Positions 55,794-64,000 of a stretch of DNA of 64,000 nucleotides are shown here, piece by piece (the stretch's first letter is position 1; each line of letters starts with the position of its first letter). The stretch comes from Thecamonas trahens ATCC 50062. Its lineage: Eukaryota; Protista; Apusomonadida. The position numbers were made by a program, and so were the translations under genes. The stretch lies in contig NW_013657678.1 in assembly GCF_000142905.1 (NCBI RefSeq), positions 434,001 to 498,000 on the forward strand. Direction: 5' to 3'. A model generated the notes under the pieces. It was not told the origin of the DNA. It saw nothing but the letters and a program-made list of their open reading frames with translations, and did no database searches.

Positions 55794-58700
55794 CGATGAG
55801 GACTCATCGACCTCGACCTCGGCCACGGTGACGACGCAAGCCACAAGGTGTGACATGGATACGCCGAGATCTTCGGCGGCAGCAAAGACCGCGTTGTTTT
55901 CTCCGCACACGGCCTCGGCCATGGCAATAAAGTTCTTGACCGACGAGGCCAGCGACGAAACTGCGTGAGTCTCGCCGAGCTGCGGGTTGGCGAGTGCCTC
56001 GGCAACGAACACCATGTCTTGGCCAATGGCATCGATGAGAACCTGGAGCTCGGGCGCGAGACCATCGCCGGTATGGTTGGCTGCTGCAACAGCTGTCTCC
56101 TCTGCCAGCGGCGCCGGGGCCGGAGCGACTGGCGGGTGCTCACCAAGACTTTGGCTTTCGCGCAGCACGACCGAGCCCGAAGCCGAAGACGAGCTCGAAG
56201 CAGAGCTCGAGGCCGAGCCCAAGGCCGAGCCCGAGGCCGAGGCAGGCGGTGATGCAGCCTCAGCAGGCGTCACATCACGTGATGCAGCGGGAGTGGTCGA
56301 GCCGATGGCTGCAGCAGCATCAGCGGCTTCCTGAGCAGCTTCGAGATCTGCAGTGTCGAGCGACGACGAGTCCGAGTCTGAGCTGGAGTCGAGGGCAGCT
56401 GGGACCGAGTCTGCCGACGAGGCAGAGATGCCTGCCGACGACGGAGGCGGAGACGACGAAGACGGCGACGATTCCGAGTCTGAGATCTTCTCCTTGGGCG
56501 TGGACGAAAGCGAGGCGCGCCGCGAGGCAAATGAGACCAGCGACGCCAAGTTACTTTGCTGAGCGCGCCCACCGCGGCTTGAAGGCGGGTTCTCGGACAT
56601 GAGCGACTCGGACTCGGACTCATTGCGCTTGAGTGGCGAGAGGGAAAAGTCCAGGGCACTGGACGGAGGCACCAATGGAGCGAGCAACTCGTTGCGAACC
56701 TTGTGCAGGGTGTCGAGCGCAGCATTGTGGGCCTTGACGAGCGTCTCTGTCGCATCGACCGCATCGGCCTCGACGTCGTAGACATAGTCTTGAGCCAGAG
56801 TCAAGCACCGCTCGATGCGGACACCGGCGTCCTGTGTCACCGAGGTGACGCGGGCCCGCGAGTTGAGGTCAAGGAGTCGAGCCTGCAGCTGGTAGACGTA
56901 GCCCGAGACAGCCGAAGCGACTCGCGATGCGGTGGCAAGGATGAGCAAGCGTAGCAACTCCTCCACATCGTTGACGGTCTCGAGGTCGTTGGAGCCGGCA
57001 GTCGGCTGCAGCAGCGGCGAGGGTGGGGCGAGGCGCGCCGAGGTTGAGATCTGCCGGGCGCGGGCGAGCGCTCCGGTAAAGTGCTCCAGGTATAGCCGAG
57101 TCTTGGGATGGGTGGCAAAGGTGACGAAAGAGCGGGCGGCGTGGACAGCGGCCAGGCGCTGGGCTTGGGCCTGGGCAGCTTGGGCGGCATGGAGCCTGGC
57201 TTGCAGGAGCTTGAACAGCGGAGCATCGCTGGGACACGCGCTCACGACCAAGCCCGCCTCAGACTCAAAGGTGGCAAAGAGGCTGTCGTGGGCGGCATGC
57301 AGCGGTGAGTCTGGGTTGACCGCCGCCTCGAGCGAAACGACAACGGCAACGGCGCGGTCGACTGGCGACGGCTCGGCGAGAAACGACAAGGTCTTGAGGA
57401 GCGGCTCGACCGAGTTGGGAAGCGAGTCGGCAACATCGTCAAAGAACAAGACGGAGGCCAGGAAGGAGGCAAGCGCAGCGAGAGCCTCAGCCATGTCGGC
57501 CAGCGCCGACTTTGCAGTCGGCGACGAGAGGAAGAAGCCGAGACCGTGAGCGAGCGAGGTCGAGGCCTCGAGGTGAAGAGTGGAGCAGGCCGTGCAAATG
57601 TGTGCCACGAGGTCCAAGATGCGCTTGCCTGCTGTGGACGGGACGCGAGCGCGGACCTCAGCCCGGGTGCGCTCCACAACAAGGCAGCCGAGAACGTTGC
57701 GCAAGCAGCGGACGGTCTCGATGCGGTGGAGAAGAAACTCGCGCGGCTCGACGTTGCGGCAGAGGGCCGAGAGCATGGAGGCGAGAGCATGCAAGAGGCG
57801 GTCGGTGCCAGCAACAGCCGAGTCGGGGAGGACAGGTGGAACAGCAACGGCAGCAGCACCGCCTGCAGAGCGCGAGGCGAGCGCAAGGTCACCGAGAGCC
57901 TCCGGCTCCAAGTCGCGGATGACAGCCCTGGCTGCGTCAGTCTCAAGCTCAGCGCCGAGAGCGCCGAGAGCAGCGCCGAGGGCACTCGGCCGCTCAGACG
58001 AAGGTAGGGCGTTATTCTCGTTGGTGTCTGCGACAGCAGAGAGGATGGCGCTCAGCGAGCGAACGATACCGTCGATGCGGCATGCAGCGCCGACGGCAGC
58101 GCCGAGAGCGTCAGCCTGGGCAGAGTCAAGCACGCTTGTCTCGGTGGTGATGCGGAAGATGGCCTCCATGTCGAGGGCCAGCTCGACAGCCTTGTGCGGG
58201 AGGTGAACGAGGATGTCACGAGCAAGCGAGAGTTCGGGTTCGATCAGGACTGCGAGCGAGAGTAGGTAGCGAATCTCAGGCTCGACGTCCTCCATGAGGA
58301 GGGCGATGCCCGAGAGACAGAGTCCAAGCTTGGCGGGCGCGGTAGACGCGACGCGGACGTAGGCGACAAGCGAGGCTACAAGGTCGCAGAGGAGCTGTAG
58401 CACACCGTTGCCGACGTCGACAAGAAGGTCGCCGCTCGGGGTGGATCCCGGCTCGAGGCCTGAGAGATCGAGCTCAAAAACACCCTCGTTGACGGCAGCC
58501 TCGATCGACTGCAGACCGTGCACAACGGCAAGGAGCGAGGAAGTGGCCTCGACCGGTGAGCTTGCGCCGTCTGTCCGGGTAGAGGAGAGGACAGACGGCT
58601 CGTCCATGGAATAGTCGCAGACGACAGACCACTCAGCAAGGGCAGCGCGAGAGGCGCGGAGCGAGTTGGCGACGATTTCCAGCAGGCTGTCAAGCTCGGC

Positions 58701-59886
58701 AACCGCGTCCGGGGCGACGATGGTGAGCGAGGCACGGGCGGCGAGGGCACCGGCCACCACCTGCGATGTGGCCTCGACGGACGACTCGATGCGATCAGAG
58801 AGGGTGTCGAGGTCTGCGGAAGGCAGCTGGAGTGGAGGAGCAGACGGCGGAGCGACGGCACGGATGTTCTTGATGAGCTTGAGAAGAGCGACGCCGGCGG
58901 CAGCCAGCGTGTCCATGGTGGCGTGAAGCGATGACGGGACGGCCTCCTCGGGCTGGGCGCGGAGGAAGCGGACGAGAGCATGCGAAGCAGTCGTCGACTG
59001 GATGATCTCACCACGGACGTAAACCGAAACCGACCAGCGGACAAGATCGTGAGCGTTGGCCTTGATTTCGGCAATGGCGTCTGCGACCGCATCGCCTGCA
59101 AGGCCACGGAGCGCAGCAGCGCGTGTGAGTAGTGCATTCCCGAGGCCCTTGTACCACGCAATAGCCATAGAATCTGAAGCCATGACCTCGCACTCGGAGT
59201 TGCAGGTGACGATAAGGTCTTTGATAGAGGCCTCGACACGATCGGCGCTCTGGGCGTTGTCAGCGAGGACACAGGCGATGTCGGCCTGCAGCTCATCAAG
59301 AACTGAGAGTAGCGGCGGGGCAACAACGATGATGCTCTGATTCGTGCTCTGATCGCGAGAAGAGTCCGCAAGCGGGGCGCTATCTGGAGCCATGGCGCAT
59401 GCAAGCGAGTCCAAAGCATCGCCCAGCATGCCCAGCCGCGACATGAAGATCTTGGAGGCGGTGTCGAGCCTGCCTGTTGTCTGGATGAGGGTGAGCAGGC
59501 CAACTTGACGCTCACGGATGCGTTGAAGGAGTGTCGAGAGACTGTGTGTGATATGTAAGAGGGGGGGGTGATCGTCAGTCTTGGTGAGGTGAGCAAACAG
59601 GAAGAGGGTAGGGGAGGGTGAGGGGGATAGGGGAGGGGGAGCAAGGGTTAAGACCGTACTCTTTGTCGATACCTGTAGAAGCAGCCTTTTGGACAAACTT
59701 TGAACCGGCGACAAGGAGCTCAGCAAGAAGGTTGTGCAAGCGATCGATGTCAGCTACGATCTGGTCTTCCAGCTGAGGCATGAAGAGGGTGGAGACGAGG
59801 ACCTCGGTGGCTGCCTCGACCTGCTCGCCAATGCCATACACCCGGTCAATGCCCTCCACCACTGCGTCCACATTAGCTCCACTCAT
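53292..59886 (-). CDS. Giant (about 2160 aa) alpha-helical bundle protein, possibly vinculin/talin/alpha-catenin-like; intron 59542-59659
   Basis: 2144-aa ORF plus upstream exon MSGANVDAVV..GIDK joined in frame by GT..AG. Ala/Leu/Val-rich amphipathic helices with acidic Ser-rich linkers. Gene is solid; family call is weak. Confidence 0.7.
55762..55799 (-). repeat. (GAT)n trinucleotide repeat encoding poly-Ser on the minus strand
   Basis: Read directly. Confidence 0.92.
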
Positions 59887-60211
59887 GACCACACACCTGG
59901 TGCTGGTCAGCTGTTTGGGGGATTGTGTTGTGTTGTGTTGTGGTGTGGCGTGGTGGAGTGTACGTGTACTATCTGTCCGACTCGGGATGCGTGGGTGTGT
60001 GTGCGGGGTGTGCGGCGGCTTGTCGGGCGGGGGCGAGCGGTGTGGCCGAATGACTGGCCCACGAGCGGCGGGCCGATGGGGCGAGCGGAGCCGATCCCAT
60101 GCACTCAGCGTTGAGTGGGTTGGTTGTGTGCAGGGTGCGCAAGGCGTTCAATGACTGGCTAGATGAGTTCTGGTAGTGTGGCTGCGAGAAGGGCTGCGGC
60201 TACGGCTACGA

Positions 60212-61740
60212 CTACGGCTTGGTCGGGTCAAAGTTCGACTCGAAGGGGCCCCAGGCCGACTCGGTGTAGCTGGTGTCGAGGAGGTTCTCGTCGAGAGCAA
60301 ACTTGGAGAGGTGGGTGAGGTAGCACGACTCGAACATAAAGGCGATGGCGCCCTCGGAGATAAAGTCCGGGGTGAGGTCCGAGGTTGTGGCCTTGGTAAA
60401 GGCGTCAACATCGGGGCCATGGGCCGAGCCTGCCGAGTGGAGCGAGGCACCGCCGGGCAGGAAGCCCTCCTCCTTGGCGTCGTAGCGGCCGGTGATGAGG
60501 CCCATGAACTCGGTCATGCAGTTTGTGTGGAAGTAGGGCGGGCGGAAGGTGTCTGTGGCGACAGACCAGCGCTCCTTGAAGACGACAAAGTCGAGGGCGG
60601 CGCGGCCGGGCTCTGCAGTCTGGACGGTGACAACGGTGAAGATGCACGGGTCTGGGTGGTCAAACGAGACGGAGTTGATGACGTTAAAATTGTCGAGGTT
60701 GTAGCGCCACGGCGCGTAGTTGCCATGCCATGCCACGACGTTGAACGGCGAGTGCGAGGCCTGGGTTTCGTACAGGGCGCCAAGGAACTTGTGGACGACG
60801 ACAAAGGCGTTGTCGGCCGGATCCTCGGCGTCGGCATCGTAGGCGGCGACGGGCGACTCAAAGTCGCGCGGGTTGGCGAGCCCGTTGGCGCCGATGGGCC
60901 CGAGGTCGGGGATCTCAAAGTGGCCGTCGTAGACCTCGCAGACATAACCGCGGACGGCGGTGGTGCCCTCGGCAAAGTTGACCGAGAAGGCGATGCCGCG
61001 CTGGACGACGCAGATGAAGCCCGGCGGGACATGCATGGAGCCCATCTCAGTCTTCACGATGAGCTCGCCCGACTGCGGGACGATGAGGAAGTCGCCGTCG
61101 GCGTTCTTGAGCGCCGTCCGGGTCATCGGCTCGTTGGCCGTGTAGATGTAAAAGGCGACGCCGGCCTTCATCGACGGCTCACCGGCCGAGGCCATCTTGT
61201 TGAGTCCACGAACAAAGTCGATGCCTTCGCCCTCGGACACGCCCTCGCCCACAATGGGAATCGGCAGCGGCTTCCACCGCAGCTGGCTCGGCGGCGTGGG
61301 GACCGACTCGGAGAGCGCGGCCGTCGGATGCGGGTAGGGAAGGAACGGACCCGAGTGGCAGACAGACGGCCGGATCCGGTACAGCCATGTCCGCCGGTTG
61401 GTTGCCCGCGGTCGGGTAAAGGCAGTGCCTGAGAGCTGTCGCGACGTAAGTAAGAGCGGGTGGAGTGAGTGTGTGGCCGTGTTCCAAAAAAGGTCGCAGA
61501 GTGAGGAAAAAGCCATCAACGGCACGTGAGCCGAGGTGGCAGCGCTGGCAGGGCCAGAGACGGCAGATGTGGGTCAGTTTGGGGAGCCAGTGGACGAACC
61601 TGTTCAGCATAGAGGCCATAGGGGCAGTTCTGGGGAGAGTTCTTGCCCTTGGGCAGAGCTCCGGGGAGGGCCTCGGTAGCAAAGTGGTTGTTGAAGCCCG
61701 TGAGGTACTCAAACTCGGTCGAGGAAGCAGCAGCAGCCAT
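60212..61740 (-). CDS. HGD: Homogentisate 1,2-dioxygenase; intron 61436-61599
   Basis: [33 protein letters not shown]|[17 protein letters not shown]; [11 protein letters not shown]; [16 protein letters not shown]; [11 protein letters not shown]; [17 protein letters not shown]; PGGASLH; AHGPD; AFMFES. Confidence 0.98.
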
Positions 61741-62164
61741 GGCGCAGCAGAGGGGGGGTGGTGAGAGGGAGAGGGGTGGCAGTGGTGGTCGCCGTCGTCA
61801 TCGTGATCGCCCTCATGATCAGTCGTGCGAATGATCAGTGGCACGGTCACTGTCGTGATGGAGAACCGTTTGAAGGGGTCTGGACATGCTCGACCTTTCG
61901 CAAGTGGAGCAATCGGGTTGGTGTGTGTGTGTGTGGAGGGACATCGTCATTTGATTGATTCGTGGGTGGCAGGGTGGAGCGAGTCAGCCGGAGGTGGCGA
62001 GGGGGTGGGGGGAGGGTGGGTGGGGGGGGGCAGTAGCCAGAGGACGGCAATTGCATTCGATCATTGCTGACGGAACACTCGGCTGAGAAGGGCACGGGTG
62101 GTGGTGGTGGTAGCAGAGGCAAGCAGTCGTGGCTGGAAGAGTTACAGCGGAGGGTGGTATAGGG

Positions 62165-63379
62165 ATGGAAGCCGGGGTGTGCCCGGTATGCGAGCGGAAC
62201 GACATCATGGGCTTGTATTGTGGCCGCTGTGTGGGTGAGGCTCGTGCTGAGGCGTCTGCCCGGGTGGCGGCGTCCGAGGCGGTAGCGAAGCGCCTTCGGT
62301 CTGCGGTCGAGCCGCTGGTGGCTGCTGCAAGTGGGCGGGCGCGATGGGAGGCACGGGTGGACAAGGCGCGGGATCGAGTGGCGCGGCTAAAGCTGGCGGT
62401 GGCAGCCAAGCGACAGGCGAGCCGGAGGCAGGTCAAGGCCAACAAGGAGGCGAGCAAGGCGCTGGCCAAGCGGAGAAAGGCGCTAGCCAAACGGCGAGCG
62501 CGGCTGGCGACGGCGATGGAAAAGTGGGACGGGCTCGTGGAGCGGTGGGACGACGAGCACGGCTCCGAGCTGCCCGAGGTGCAGGCCTCGCTGATTGAGT
62601 CGCGCAGGGCGCTGGTGGTCGAGCTGCTCTCGGTCCTCCCGCTCAACCCGATAGACGAGCATGCACACGAGCTTGCGGGCCTGGCGATGGCTGACGACTC
62701 GACGTCGCGGCCGGCTGTTCACGACCGGCTGCACGGGCGGGCGTCGTCGCAGGCGCCGCCTCATCTTCTGGTAGAGTCGCTCACCGACGAAGAGTTTGAC
62801 GCCATCATGGCTACGTTGGTCCGGCTGCTTTCGCTGGTGGAGAGCTACCTTGGCGTTGCGCTGCCGTACCCGATTGTCCATCACGGCTCACGGTCGCTCA
62901 TCGGATACACTCCGGTAGGGCCGTGGATCACGCTCTTTCGCAACGCGGCGACATTTGGCGACGACGACGAGACCGAGGCGACGCTCGCCGGCCTGCCTGT
63001 GGCGCTGCGATCGGCGGCGGGCCTCATCTACGACTGGGAGGAGGGCCTTGCGCTGCTCAACTATAACATTGCGGTGGTTGCTGCGGCATCGGCTGGCCTG
63101 CCGACCAAGGTCCGCGAGCTGGACTCGCCGCTTCGCAACCTGCTGCAGGCGCTGCGCTCGCCGTACGTTGGGGCGCAGAGCATGGCGTACACGATGTTTG
63201 GGTCCGAGGCGGAGGAAGTGTATGCGCTACCGTGGCTTGGCTACCACAGCATGACGACGAACCAGTTTGAGCGGCTGCAGCGGGCGCTGCAGGCGCATCT
63301 TGCGGCAGCGGCGCGGGCTGGAGGGCGGGGCAGAAGCGGCGACGGCAGCGGCGGCGACGACGAGTGGGAGCTGGTGTGA
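62165..63379 (+). CDS. ATG14: ATG14-like (Atg14/UVRAG family) class III PI3K subunit
   Basis: N-terminal CPVC..YCGRC, long coiled coil, LLSLVESYLGVALPYPI, EEGLALLNYNI, PLRNL, terminal DDEWELV. Confidence 0.75.
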   Translation: MEAGVCPVCERNDIMGLYCGRCVGEARAEASARVAASEAVAKRLRSAVEPLVAAASGRARWEARVDKARDRVARLKLAVAAKRQASRRQVKANKEASKALAKRRKALAKRRARLATAMEKWDGLVERWDDEHGSELPEVQASLIESRRALVVELLSVLPLNPIDEHAHELAGLAMADDSTSRPAVHDRLHGRASSQAPPHLLVESLTDEEFDAIMATLVRLLSLVESYLGVALPYPIVHHGSRSLIGYTPVGPWITLFRNAATFGDDDETEATLAGLPVALRSAAGLIYDWEEGLALLNYNIAVVAAASAGLPTKVRELDSPLRNLLQALRSPYVGAQSMAYTMFGSEAEEVYALPWLGYHSMTTNQFERLQRALQAHLAAAARAGGRGRSGDGSGGDDEWELV

Positions 63380-63405
63380 TGCGGGGGCGGGCTTTGGCTT
63401 TACGC

Positions 63406-64000
63406 TCAGTAGAGGGTGAGGACGAGGGCGTCGTCCTCGAGGTGGGCGTGGATCTTCTTGAGGTGGCGGTAGGTGTGGAGCCGAGCCGCTGCCTCTGAGA
63501 CGGCGGCAGCCGAGTCCTCGTCGCGCGAGGTGGGGACGACGCGTAGGGCGCCAAGCTGGGTATCCCAACCGATGGAGCGAGCGAGGACCTGGGTCGCGTC
63601 TTCGGTGCTGAGCCGGGCGTACGTCGCAGCCTCCCACTGGGCGTCTGAGGCGGCTGACTCGAGCGCCGACTTTGGAGTTTCGTGCTCGCGGGGTGCGATG
63701 CGCTCGACGACCGAGACAGCAATGCGGACGGCGGACGGGTCACCGAACATGTCGAGGAAGCGGGACTGCAGGTCTGCGAGTGCCGCAGCCGACTCGCTGG
63801 TCGACGACGAGGCGGCCCCGGTTGCGGTGCTCTCGTCGCGTTCGAGAACAGCGGCCGAGCTCGCCTCTGCGGCGTAGGCTTGGGCGGCATTCTCGGCACG
63901 GCGCACAATGGTCGAAGCGAGGAGGCGGAGGAGGTCGAGGAGAGTGTCGGAGGCAAGGACGACGCGGTCGGCGGCGTAGACGCCTGTGGCCGTGGGAAAC
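63406..64000 (-). CDS. Hypothetical protein, 3' part; runs in from beyond the window
   Basis: Frame open from 64000 (FPTATGVYAADRVVLASDTLLDLL...) to the stop at 63406; C-ending codon bias as in neighbouring genes. Confidence 0.7.
   Translation of the reverse strand, partial: FPTATGVYAADRVVLASDTLLDLLRLLASTIVRRAENAAQAYAAEASSAAVLERDESTATGAASSSTSESAAALADLQSRFLDMFGDPSAVRIAVSVVERIAPREHETPKSALESAASDAQWEAATYARLSTEDATQVLARSIGWDTQLGALRVVPTSRDEDSAAAVSEAAARLHTYRHLKKIHAHLEDDALVLTLY

Overview
GC-rich, very gene-dense eukaryotic genomic scaffold with few short GT-AG introns and one assembly gap (7869-8394). The style suggests a unicellular protist, possibly the apusomonad Thecamonas trahens; that is an inference, not verified. 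About 27 protein-coding loci were found. Recognisable ones: EamA/SLC35G transporter, TraB-like protein, Ras-like GTPase, acyl-CoA thioesterase II, MKP1-type dual-specificity phosphatase, ABCC/MRP transporter, centrosomin-like CM1+CM2 coiled-coil protein, NEK kinase, KCTD/BTB protein, two ankyrin proteins, USP22/Ubp8, DCN1-like, AFG2/SPATA5, Sec1/Munc18, CNMT/cyclopropane-synthase-like methyltransferase, HGD and ATG14-like. No rRNA, tRNA, CRISPR array or intact transposon was seen. Best candidates for novelty: (i) a Crinkler-type restriction-endonuclease-fold protein that appears catalytically dead and has a mitochondrial-type presequence; (ii) a Crinkler-like coiled-coil-repeat/REase/kinase effector; (iii) a centrosomin/CDK5RAP2-like protein with both CM1 and CM2; (iv) a secreted protein with a phage/bacterial-type 2OG-Fe(II) oxygenase domain; (v) sense-strand poly(C) tracts upstream of many genes. 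Six single-base frameshifts in otherwise intact genes are most simply sequencing errors. All family calls come from motif recognition by eye, not database searches.
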